A stretch of DNA of 39,459 nt from Candidatus Thiodiazotropha sp. (GTDB lineage Bacteria; Pseudomonadota; Gammaproteobacteria; Chromatiales; Chromatiaceae), in NCBI GenBank assembly GCA_037382065.1, contig JARRQF010000107.1, forward strand, positions 1 to 39,459, written 5' to 3'. A program made the translations under genes and the position numbers. This document shows, piece after piece, positions 18,755 to 27,624 of the stretch. How positions within the stretch are numbered: the stretch's first letter is position 1; each line of letters opens with the position of its first letter. The notes below the pieces were generated by a model. That model was not told the DNA's origin. It made no database searches and worked only from the letters and a program-made list of their open reading frames with translations.

Positions 18755-20602
18755 ATGAACCATCGATTTACCTGGCTGATGTTACTCATATTGAGCTTGA
18801 CCCTTTTTGGTTGCGGCGGTGGTGGTGGCAGCAGCGATAGCAAAAGCAGTGGTGGCGATAGCTATGATGATGGCGGAAGCCAGGACCCTGGCGAGTCGGA
18901 TAATGAAGATAATGAAGGTGATGAAGGTGATGAAGGTGATGAAGGTGACAACAGCGGCGGAGGCAACGGGATTACGGATGTACCGGTAAACTCAGGTTCT
19001 CACCAGGTGCTTGCCTTCAATGATCTGGGTATGCACTGTGCCGACCTGGACTACTCCACCTTTGTCATCCTACCACCGTTCAATGTCGTCCACAGCCAAG
19101 TGATTGAACGGGGCGCCACACCCCGCCTGCTCGACAGCACCCAGGCTAGCGTTAGCTACCTGGCGACAACCGATACCTCGGGATCCATCACGACTACCAG
19201 TCAAAATCTCCCCGGAAGTATCAATAAGACTAATTTCTGGAGTATCAATCCCGATACCAGCAATCCCTATGTTTATGACCTGTTTGGTTTGAATCCCGCT
19301 CCGGATGAAGGTCTGATGTTTGGCCAAACCATGCCGGGTATCAGCGCCCCCTACAATGCCAACGAACCCCAGTCCTTCAATGACTTCGACAGCAGCACAT
19401 CCTGGTTCAGCGCGCACGGCATCCCGGTTTTGCCGATCGATGATTCTGGCCAACTCAACGCCTATCCGCTCATGCGGGTTACGGCGAGCGATGTCACCAG
19501 CGGAACTTCATTAGCCAGCCTGGACGTGGTATTGCCGGTTGCCTCAGAAGCAGATTGTCAAAATTGCCATGCCGCAGGCGAAATGGCTGCCCCCATCAGT
19601 AGCAGCATTTCCTATGTATTTCCAAATGACATCACAGATGCCAACTCCGTGCTTCAAGCTGCAAAAGAGAATATCCTGCTATTGCACGATGCTCGCCACG
19701 GCACGCAACTAGTGGCCAGCAAGCCGGTATTGTGCGCCTCTTGTCACTACTCTGCGGCCCTGGATCTGACTGGCTCGGGTCCGAACGCAACCCAGCAGCC
19801 CCATGACACCATGTCGCAAGTCATGCACGGCTATCACGGACAACTGACCGATCAATCCAACCAGCCGATCTTTCCCAGCCAGGGCACTCTGGATGAAACC
19901 TGTTATCAATGTCATCCAGGGAAAACCACGAAATGTCTGCGGGGCGCCATGGGTGGAGCCGGAATCGTCTGCCAGGATTGTCACGGCAGCATGCTCGCGG
20001 TCGGCCAGCAGAGTCGCAAGGCCTGGGTTGACGAACCCCGATGCCAATCCTGCCACACTGGAGACGCCACCAATCACCTGGGTAGCACCCTACGCATGAC
20101 TCAGGCCTGGGATGGTCAGATCGATAACCCGATACCACGAACCACGACCAATACCCGGTTCGCCGAAAACGATGCCACCCTCTACCGAAATAGCCTGGGT
20201 CACGGTGGGGTTGCCTGCGAAGGGTGCCATGGTTCAACCCATGCGATCTGGCCAAATGCCAATGCACAATCCAACGATAATGTTGCAGCCACTCAGTTGC
20301 AGGGCCATGCCGGTACGATTAGTGATTGCAGCGTCTGTCACACCAGCCTGCCTCTGACCCTGGACGGCCCCCACGGCATGCATAATGTCAATAGTAGCTC
20401 CTGGAACTTGAGCCATAGCCGTTACTACCGGAATAACTCAAGCGCCTGTCGTGCTTGTCATGGCCAGAACTTGGAAGGCACCGAGCTCTCCCGGGCCGCC
20501 GAAGATCGAGACTATCTCAGTGATGATGATGGCAACCGGACCATTCATGTGGCGAAAGGCACGCCGGTGAGTTGCAATATGTGTCATCATTCGCCAGGAT
20601 GA
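18755..20602 (+). CDS. Lipoprotein multiheme cytochrome c (9 CxxCH)
   Basis: Lipobox LFGC; Gly/Ser and acidic tether; CQNCH, CASCH, CYQCH, CQDCH, CQSCH, CEGCH, CSVCH, CRACH, CNMCH. Confidence 0.92.
   Translation: MNHRFTWLMLLILSLTLFGCGGGGGSSDSKSSGGDSYDDGGSQDPGESDNEDNEGDEGDEGDEGDNSGGGNGITDVPVNSGSHQVLAFNDLGMHCADLDYSTFVILPPFNVVHSQVIERGATPRLLDSTQASVSYLATTDTSGSITTTSQNLPGSINKTNFWSINPDTSNPYVYDLFGLNPAPDEGLMFGQTMPGISAPYNANEPQSFNDFDSSTSWFSAHGIPVLPIDDSGQLNAYPLMRVTASDVTSGTSLASLDVVLPVASEADCQNCHAAGEMAAPISSSISYVFPNDITDANSVLQAAKENILLLHDARHGTQLVASKPVLCASCHYSAALDLTGSGPNATQQPHDTMSQVMHGYHGQLTDQSNQPIFPSQGTLDETCYQCHPGKTTKCLRGAMGGAGIVCQDCHGSMLAVGQQSRKAWVDEPRCQSCHTGDATNHLGSTLRMTQAWDGQIDNPIPRTTTNTRFAENDATLYRNSLGHGGVACEGCHGSTHAIWPNANAQSNDNVAATQLQGHAGTISDCSVCHTSLPLTLDGPHGMHNVNSSSWNLSHSRYYRNNSSACRACHGQNLEGTELSRAAEDRDYLSDDDGNRTIHVAKGTPVSCNMCHHSPG
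18909..18948 (+). repeat. 9-nt tandem repeat (GATGAAGGT)n encoding DEG linker
   Basis: Seen directly. Confidence 0.85.
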
Positions 20603-20632
20603 TGGTAATTATTAGCGTATTTGAGGTCCTTT

Positions 20633-20967
20633 TTTAAACCGATAGGTCACTCTTTTTGAATACGCGATAAAGTCCGTGATTGCGTAGGATGCGGTGAGCG
20701 GTGCGAACCGCATCAATCGTGCGATGGCTCACGAACATCCATGATGCGGTTCGTACCTCACCACATCCTACATTTTATCCCTTAATGGTGGGACAGAACC
20801 CCACCCTATGACTTTTGCGACACCCTCCAAGGGAAGGGGGATATAAAATAGCGTAAGCGCCGCATACACCACGATCATGAAATGTGTCATGCGAATGCCT
20901 ACCGCTTTCTGAAATTGAGTGGGTATCTCGACGAGTCCCATAAGGTTAACGTAGTGCAATTGCCCTG
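20633..20967. mobile_element. Element D arm (inverted) with REP doublet
   Basis: TIR at 20951-20965; REP doublet 20684-20771; GACTTTTGCGACACCCTC sub-end. Confidence 0.85.
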
Positions 20968-22952
20968 TATCCCTCTCCGATCTGAAGAGCGGGGTTCCTC
21001 GCATAGCATCTGATGAATAACCATAAAAAAGGCAGCAGCCAATCCAGAGCGCCAGCGCCACCCGTTTCGGAAATAACCGGGTTAATGTCAGAGTCAATAC
21101 CATTGCCGAATGCTGTAGATGCTGGGTAGGTTTTTGCCAGGGCTACGGCGGCAGCGGCATCCAATAGGCCGTAACCGCTGTCATCATCCCGGCCATGGCC
21201 ACTCTCAATATCCAGGTAATCACCGTTATTCTTGTTATTGCGTTGATCTATATCCACAGCTGTTTCCTGGAGAATGTATTTTATATCTTTCGGTTGTAAT
21301 TTCGGATTCACTTGCAATAAAAGCGCAATCAGGCCAGCGGCGTGTGGTGCTGCCGCAGAGGTGCCCATAAAATTTGGAAGCCCATCATTATCGTAATCAT
21401 TTTCAGGATGGTCAAACTGAAAAAAGGTTGTATTGTTATTGTCTGGTGCAATAATTTCTGGCTTTTTTCGGTAAATAGGTTGCGCTAATCGATGGCCTTT
21501 TGAATCAAACCAAATAGCAGTGTCTCCGCCAGCAGAAGAGAAAAATTGTAACAAGGGTGACACCATCCCAAAATAGGGTGTTTGATCGTAACTGGCAGCA
21601 CCAACTGTAATAGCCTGCGATGAATTGCTTCGACCAGTGATAGTACCTCGGTTACCGGTGTATTCAATCACGTCACCGCTAAAGCGTCCTTGAATAATAT
21701 ACTTAAAGAGTTTGGGTGAAGGACCAGACGATTTTGTGATCAAAATATTAAAATTTTTTTCTTCGGAAGAGTCAGGGTTGGCAAATTGAATAATTTCCGA
21801 AGGATCTCGTCCCGTATTAATTTGCGTAGCGGTTTCGAGAATTTCAGTGCCTTCCTGATTGACAATGAACATATCCAGATCTGATGAAGCACCTGGGGGT
21901 CCACTGACAGAATAGGCGGGATCTATCCATTGTAATTCGAGTTGCATGACACCTCCCGGCTCCAGCGTGAAAGCCTGAAAGACATCGACACCTTCTCCTG
22001 GATCAAAATCGTGTGCATGGATATCGAGATGTGGATCGTACACATCACGATAGCTAGATTGGTAGGCATTTCGTGCGCTGTTTCCAGCAGCGGACACATA
22101 AATCACGCCATTTTGCGATAATTGTTCGATCACTTGATTGATAGGGCCATCCTGAAAATAGGTCTCTAGTTCTATTGAGCTATCGTCAACAATGATGTTG
22201 ACCTGTTCATCATGGAACTGTTTAAACCCATTTATAGTGTTGGCCATGCCATTTGAGCCGGAAAAAAATAGTAGTTCTGCCTCTGGTGCAATGTCATGGA
22301 TAATTTGCATTAAAGCGCGCCCTTCGTCTGTTTTATTGCTGCAATCAAATGCTTCTTCCAATACAGTGACATTCAGCGGTAATTCTCCATTGGCAATATC
22401 TGAATCTGCACTCCTGTTAAGTTTTTCAATGTCATCGCTTTTTGCATAACAGTTATAACTATCGGACATGACTCCCACTTTGATACCTTTACCGCTCAGG
22501 CCTAGCTCAGACTGTACCGTATCAAGTGACATAGCCTGCAGGCCTTGAGAGATCACGGTGTTGTATGTCATAGTATGGCTGCGGTAAAGGTAATGTAGGG
22601 AGTTTAGTGTCGAAGCTGAATCAAGCGCAGAGATGGGAAGGAATCCGGAGACTATGCGTCCGGCCACTTGAGCATTTGTTAGTCCAATAGCCAATAAATC
22701 GTCCAGCAACTCTTGGCCATCGCGTTTTGCCACAGCATCGACCGTCACTAAAACGTCGACGGGCCGATTTGATGTTAGACTCCTCTGTTTATTGCTTTGC
22801 GCCTTGCTTAACCTGAGTAAATCAGTATCCAGTGTAGAATTGATTTTATTACGCGCTACTATTTCCCCCATCCCTTTTGTTGGAAAAGCATTTACTGGCT
22901 GAAAGTTAACTAATAATATGAAATAAGTAATAATGATAAAATAAATATTCAA
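20946..22952 (-). CDS. Secreted S8/S53-like serine protease with GlyGly-CTERM-like anchor
   Basis: Signal peptide; VGVMSDS; DEGRALMQIIHDIAP (Glu where subtilisin has His); SAAGN; GTSAAAPH; GGAGALDWLLPFLWLFIR tail. Confidence 0.88.
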   Translation of the reverse strand: MNIYFIIITYFILLVNFQPVNAFPTKGMGEIVARNKINSTLDTDLLRLSKAQSNKQRSLTSNRPVDVLVTVDAVAKRDGQELLDDLLAIGLTNAQVAGRIVSGFLPISALDSASTLNSLHYLYRSHTMTYNTVISQGLQAMSLDTVQSELGLSGKGIKVGVMSDSYNCYAKSDDIEKLNRSADSDIANGELPLNVTVLEEAFDCSNKTDEGRALMQIIHDIAPEAELLFFSGSNGMANTINGFKQFHDEQVNIIVDDSSIELETYFQDGPINQVIEQLSQNGVIYVSAAGNSARNAYQSSYRDVYDPHLDIHAHDFDPGEGVDVFQAFTLEPGGVMQLELQWIDPAYSVSGPPGASSDLDMFIVNQEGTEILETATQINTGRDPSEIIQFANPDSSEEKNFNILITKSSGPSPKLFKYIIQGRFSGDVIEYTGNRGTITGRSNSSQAITVGAASYDQTPYFGMVSPLLQFFSSAGGDTAIWFDSKGHRLAQPIYRKKPEIIAPDNNNTTFFQFDHPENDYDNDGLPNFMGTSAAAPHAAGLIALLLQVNPKLQPKDIKYILQETAVDIDQRNNKNNGDYLDIESGHGRDDDSGYGLLDAAAAVALAKTYPASTAFGNGIDSDINPVISETGGAGALDWLLPFLWLFIRCYARNPALQIGEGYRAIALR

Positions 22953-23566
22953 GGTGCTTTCACCGGGAGTGGGGGTTCATTTCTCAAGAATTCACGTAAT
23001 ATTAATAGTTCTTGACGAAACCCTGGGCGATGATAAATAGCGAGGGGGTGATTAGCAGGAAGGCCGAACCGTTTTTTACCAACAATAAGCGTTTCCCCGC
23101 TCCACTCTTCGAGAAACTTCGCAACCGACATTCTAATATTTCCCCTGCTTGGATCAGCCAGAAAGACTCTATCTTCCACAACGCCCCGTAGAATAGCAAA
23201 ATGCTTATAACCTTCTGGTTGAATAAAAACAAGCACAGGTCCCTGAAGTTGTTTTAGTGCAGTGATATTCAACCGAACACTAGCGACCTGATAACCCTTG
23301 ATTTGGCAAATTTTTTCTAGTTCTAGAAAGGACAGACCAGATTGCTTGATGGTATTTAACTCCTGTTCATCAAAAATATCGTTTATTTCATTAAGTAGAC
23401 TTTGCTCTGTCATATATTCTTTAAAATAGTAACGCAATAATGTTGCCAATGACGCCGCACCACAGGAGTAGTCGTAGCGTTGCATAATGATATTTTTTTC
23501 ATTTAGTTCTTTCCAAGATTTTATCCTGGTGGGGTGTGTTTCAACTATGTATCCACCGTTTGTCAA
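22949..23566 (-). CDS. Stand-alone C39 peptidase (FapD-like); start uncertain
   Basis: QRYDYSCGAASLATLL, KHFAIL, LADPSRGN; overlaps protease start (ATGA-type coupling). Confidence 0.88.
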   Translation of the reverse strand: MTNGGYIVETHPTRIKSWKELNEKNIIMQRYDYSCGAASLATLLRYYFKEYMTEQSLLNEINDIFDEQELNTIKQSGLSFLELEKICQIKGYQVASVRLNITALKQLQGPVLVFIQPEGYKHFAILRGVVEDRVFLADPSRGNIRMSVAKFLEEWSGETLIVGKKRFGLPANHPLAIYHRPGFRQELLILREFLRNEPPLPVKAP

Positions 23567-23604
23567 TAATGGGGCTGTGCTGCATCCACTAAAACCTAGC
23601 AGTG

Positions 23605-24612
23605 CTAGAAGTTATAGATATAGTTAAGACCAAAAGAAGTATTATTCGCATCCTCATTCAAGCCAAAATCAACAAAGGTTTCCATGCTCAATTTTTTACT
23701 TATACGGTAGATAGTTCCGAATACAAATGATATTGGTTCGTTGCTCGAGCCGACCCTTTTTTTGCCGTTTACTTCAAGCTCTTTAGAGTAGCTGCCCGAT
23801 ACTCGGCCACTCAGTGATATCGCGCTGTTTATCGATAAACCGGTACCTAAACTGTAGGAATAGGTGTTCCCAGGCTGGAGATTAAGGCCGGATTTTTCCT
23901 CTTCAAACAGGTGACTGAACCCGAAAGAGAAAAACATAACGGCTGGATCTACTGATTTCGTAAAACTAAAGCTTCCACTTAAGCCCCAATAACCTGAACT
24001 GATGGCAGGAGATTCCGAAGCGCTGTTATCATCACTATCGTCTGTTGGTGCTTGAATCTTTAACGAAGCAGTCATACTTGGAAACTTTACCGTTTCAGGT
24101 AACACTTGATATGAAAATCCCATTAAGATATCACCGAACCCTTTGTTTGTATTTTTATCTCCATCACCAAATGATGTATATTCACTTTCGGTAAAAACCA
24201 GAGGGATGGAAATGTATGATTCAAGGTTTTCAGTGACTCCAATACTGATAACGATTGGTAATGAAAGCGTTCTGTCACGGGTTTTACGGAGGTTAGAGAA
24301 TTCTTCTTCTGAACTATAGTTTACTCCAAATGTTAACTGAACTTTCCTAGGAGCAAGTAATACTTCGGACTCGCGTACAAACAAATGACTGATATCATTA
24401 TCCGGTGCCTCACCTATTGTCTCAGGTTGACTTGTTTGCTGCTGATCCGATGAATTGTCTATTTCGGTTGAATCAGTAGTAATGATTTCATTAGCCTGGG
24501 CGTTGAATAATATGGAGGAAAATAGTACAAACGTAATTAAGAGATTTCTTTGGCACGCGCTAATACTATATTTTTCATATTGCTCACTTTTGCTATGTCC
24601 ATATACGTACAT
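23605..24612 (-). CDS. Outer-membrane beta-barrel transporter (FapF/MetA-pathway-like)
   Basis: Signal peptide ending AQA; RESEVLL, GFGDI, KSVDPAVMF, alternating strands; terminal YIYNF; adjacent to C39. Confidence 0.8.
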   Translation of the reverse strand: MYVYGHSKSEQYEKYSISACQRNLLITFVLFSSILFNAQANEIITTDSTEIDNSSDQQQTSQPETIGEAPDNDISHLFVRESEVLLAPRKVQLTFGVNYSSEEEFSNLRKTRDRTLSLPIVISIGVTENLESYISIPLVFTESEYTSFGDGDKNTNKGFGDILMGFSYQVLPETVKFPSMTASLKIQAPTDDSDDNSASESPAISSGYWGLSGSFSFTKSVDPAVMFFSFGFSHLFEEEKSGLNLQPGNTYSYSLGTGLSINSAISLSGRVSGSYSKELEVNGKKRVGSSNEPISFVFGTIYRISKKLSMETFVDFGLNEDANNTSFGLNYIYNF

Positions 24613-24696
24613 ATAAGTTCTGTCGGTGGTGTTGTGGTAAATGTGGTGATGCTTTTAAATAGCTTAGCTTTAATGTAACACCAAATTACGTAATAA

Positions 24697-24714
24697 AAAT
24701 CCCCCCAAGGGGTG
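24697..24714. promoter_or_regulatory. Operator-like motif 1, copy a
   Basis: AAATCCCCCCAAGGGGTG; 16/18 identical to 25389-25406. Confidence 0.6.
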
Positions 24715-24878
24715 GTTTCTGAGTAAGCATCTGGCCAACAGCAGAATTTACCTACCCCGACTATTTGCTAAATTCAAAATTCCAGGGCATAACCGATAGC
24801 TGTGTTCATCGTACCCTTGCTACTATTTGATTTGAAAAAAGTGTTATTGGCTGGAGACTTACATTTTAGAGAGGTATA

Positions 24879-24909
24879 TTAGAGTCCCTGCGGTAAACAG
24901 GGACTCTAA
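24879..24909. terminator. 12-bp stem-loop after the precursor gene
   Basis: TTAGAGTCCCTG-N7-CAGGGACTCTAA; no clear U-tract. Confidence 0.6.
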
Positions 24910-24979
24910 CTGCTGCTTTATCTAATAAAATTAGCTAATTTTGATAAAGAATAATCGATTTCTGAGGGGTGTAAATCAT

Positions 24980-25285
24980 CTAATATGATTTAGTTATTAC
25001 GGAACCATCCCTTTTCGGGTCAACTGCCAAAGCACTGAGCCACCCCACCTTCACCCAACAAACACCACGGCCTCGGCACCACTGATAAGCCCTCGTACGG
25101 GCAGATCCGCCAAAAAAGGCTTCTCCTCGCGTGTCCGACCTTTCATTAGTTGACAGAAACGCAACTGCGTTGTCATCGATAGAATTTAGAATATTTGGCG
25201 TGGAAGAAAGTTCTCCAGCATAGGTTGTACCAATTGATGTAACTAACAATAACAATGATGCAAGTATTTTTTTCATGATTTTCAC
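24980..25285 (-). CDS. Small secreted precursor peptide (signal, acidic pro-region, cationic core)
   Basis: Sec signal to TYA; LSTNERSDTRG motif; 47-aa R/K/W-rich tail with two Cys; start GTG 25285 or ATG 25276. Confidence 0.8.
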   Translation of the reverse strand: MKIMKKILASLLLLVTSIGTTYAGELSSTPNILNSIDDNAVAFLSTNERSDTRGEAFFGGSARTRAYQWCRGRGVCWVKVGWLSALAVDPKRDGSVITKSY

Positions 25286-25388
25286 CTTAAAATATTTAAC
25301 ATGGGATAGTTATCTCTAACTAAATTTTCTGTTGGAAAGAAAAAATAGTTATTGACGTAGCAAATGTTAGCTAAGCATCTAATTTTGT

Positions 25389-25406
25389 AAATCCCCCCAA
25401 AAGGTG
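25389..25406. promoter_or_regulatory. Operator-like motif 1, copy b
   Basis: AAATCCCCCCAAAAGGTG. Confidence 0.6.
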
Positions 25407-25707
25407 AAAATTCGTAGGTCGCGTAGAAATAGCGCTAAATACCCTCCGAAACTTGAGTTACTTAAATTGCTTCTGGGCGTCTGAACGATAGTCACATCCG
25501 ATGCAAAACCAGATCTCAACTTAAAGGTGATTTTGATGAATGCCTAACTCCTTAAATTCCATCCGCCTTAGAATATTGAACACCTTATTATTGGCCATAG
25601 AGAATTTAGGAAATGACAGCCTTCATAGATTTTTGTAATAAAACATCGATTAAAACAAAAACTGATTCACAATTTCCCTACAAAGTTACGATATGAAAAT
25701 GTTATTT

Positions 25708-25740
25708 CTGTTCTAATTTAGAAATCTGGACACTTTCATT
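25708..25740 (+). promoter_or_regulatory. Operator-like motif 2, copy a (upstream of AraC)
   Basis: 29/33 identical to 27225-27257. Confidence 0.65.
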
Positions 25741-25873
25741 CTTAATAGACAATAGGTGTTTATTTTTAATTAGTAGTTACTATTGCTATATATCCAGATT
25801 CAATTGTGGCTACTTACTAATTAGCAAATTTTGTGATGCGGTTATTTAGTATACATAATTCAATATAAAGCCC

Positions 25874-26926
25874 ATGATAATAAAACTCTTGTTGCTTTGG
25901 AATTGCGGGCTACTATTTTTATTAATTATCGGTCAGTGTTTTGTTCCAAATAAAACCTGTAAAAATTTTACACTATCTTTACTGGCGATAACCTGTGGTG
26001 TATGGATTTTTAATACCGCTCTTTATTATTTCGGCTTACATAATCAATTACCACATTTAAATAAAATTCACATCCCCTTTCTCTGTCTTAGTGGAACTAG
26101 TTGGTACTTATATGTAAAGTGCTTCATAGGTAGACATATCTTCGAGGCTAAAGATTTCGCTCATTTATTACCAGCAATTATCTGTGTGCTATTGGGATTA
26201 CCCTTTTATTTTGAATCCGCTGAGTTTAAATTGAGCTATATAGAAACATCGCTTGATAGTTTGTCAGTGATTTTAATGTATATTGCCTCTCGAATTTCTG
26301 AAATAAATAGCTTTGTTTATCTTATTTTAACTCTTTTATTGGTCTATAGGCAGCTAACATCTATCAATAATTCATCCCAAAAAAAGACCTATAGGATCAT
26401 ATTATATATTACTATTATTGCCATGTTTAGCTTGGCATTGCGTACGTTGGGAGCAGTTTCCAATATCCAGTTTATTAGTATTATTATTCCATCCATTATA
26501 ATTTTATTCTTATTTACAGTGCTTTACAGTCTCAGCTATTACAATCCGTCTGTTTTATTTAATAATGTAAAAGAACAAATGGCGGTTTTTAAAGAAATCA
26601 TAGAAAGGGATAAGGTATATTTGAATTCTAATATTACATTGGCAGAGCTTGCGAGCCAATTAAATACGCAACCTTATATATTGTCTGAAGTAATTAACGC
26701 CTCTATGAATATAAATTTTAAGACATTTATTAATGGTTTGCGTATAGAGCATGCCGCCAGGTTGCTCATTCAGGAAAAAAAGACATCCATACTTGAGATA
26801 ACGTATGCGTCTGGATTTAATAGTAAATCTGTTTTCTACAAGCACTTCTTTGAGGCAAAATCAATGACGCCTGTGCAATACCGCAAAATGTGCTTAGAGA
26901 AAAAAACTTGTATGGATATCCACTAA
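25874..26926 (+). CDS. Membrane-embedded AraC-family regulator
   Basis: Multiple N-terminal TM helices; LSEVIN, FINGLRIE, SGFNSKSVFY, TPVQYR. Confidence 0.9.
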   Translation: MIIKLLLLWNCGLLFLLIIGQCFVPNKTCKNFTLSLLAITCGVWIFNTALYYFGLHNQLPHLNKIHIPFLCLSGTSWYLYVKCFIGRHIFEAKDFAHLLPAIICVLLGLPFYFESAEFKLSYIETSLDSLSVILMYIASRISEINSFVYLILTLLLVYRQLTSINNSSQKKTYRIILYITIIAMFSLALRTLGAVSNIQFISIIIPSIIILFLFTVLYSLSYYNPSVLFNNVKEQMAVFKEIIERDKVYLNSNITLAELASQLNTQPYILSEVINASMNINFKTFINGLRIEHAARLLIQEKKTSILEITYASGFNSKSVFYKHFFEAKSMTPVQYRKMCLEKKTCMDIH

Positions 26927-27224
26927 CGCTGGATATTGCTTATTCGCTTTTGTGCACTTCGAGAAGCATGTCATTTTAACTAATCTGCTAAAATTTCTGG
27001 CTTTCTATATGAGTAGACTGGAAGGTAGGTGTGTTTTTTAGGAATATTGTATTTAAGTATAATTGAGCATTAGAAAATTTTTATAATTAGCATTATAAGA
27101 ATTTCTTTTTCTCTTAAAAAAGTCCTACTTTGCAACACTAAACTTTCGAAAAATAATTCCCAGTTCGGTTATATAATAAAAAATTAAAACTGGATCACAA
27201 TTTTGATGGGAAATTGTCCTAATC

Positions 27225-27257
27225 CTGTTCTATTTTATAAATCCGGACGCTTTCATT
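27225..27257 (+). promoter_or_regulatory. Operator-like motif 2, copy b (upstream of LuxR HTH)
   Basis: CTGTTCTATTTTATAAATCCGGACGCTTTCATT. Confidence 0.65.
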
Positions 27258-27338
27258 ATCAAATTTTGATAGATTTTTCACTGTGCATTCCAAAAAAGCA
27301 ATTTGAAGTAACTATATGTTTCTATTTGGAGGGAATCA

Positions 27339-27551
27339 GTGACACCTAAAAAAGCACAGATTTATGGCATGCTACTTAAGGCTAAAAGCTATAAGGAAAT
27401 TGCTAGCGAGTTAAATATTTCAAAAGAGACCGTTAAAACGCATTGCAGAGATATTTACCGATTGCATGATGTGAAAAACCGCAGCGAGTTAATTGCGTGG
27501 GTTCTCAATAAAAAAATCAAAGGACTACGAATGACTGAGCTAATTCGGTAG
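27339..27551 (+). CDS. Stand-alone LuxR/GerE-type HTH regulator
   Basis: SYKEIASELNISKETVKTHCRDIY...VKNRSEL; GGAGG RBS. Confidence 0.85.
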   Translation: MTPKKAQIYGMLLKAKSYKEIASELNISKETVKTHCRDIYRLHDVKNRSELIAWVLNKKIKGLRMTELIR

Positions 27552-27624
27552 TAGATTTACTAGTGAATGCTTTAATGACGAATACATAAATTACTCACCC
27601 ACTATGGCTCTACGTTGGTATGAC

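Noticed and set aside
18755-22952. OmcZ/OzpA-like cytochrome plus subtilase pair
   Set aside because: Genes are convergent and separated by repeats; the protease is coupled to the C39 operon; no OmcZ resemblance recognised
22949-25285. Canonical fap amyloid operon
   Set aside because: No FapA/B/C/E-like N/Q-rich repeat genes present
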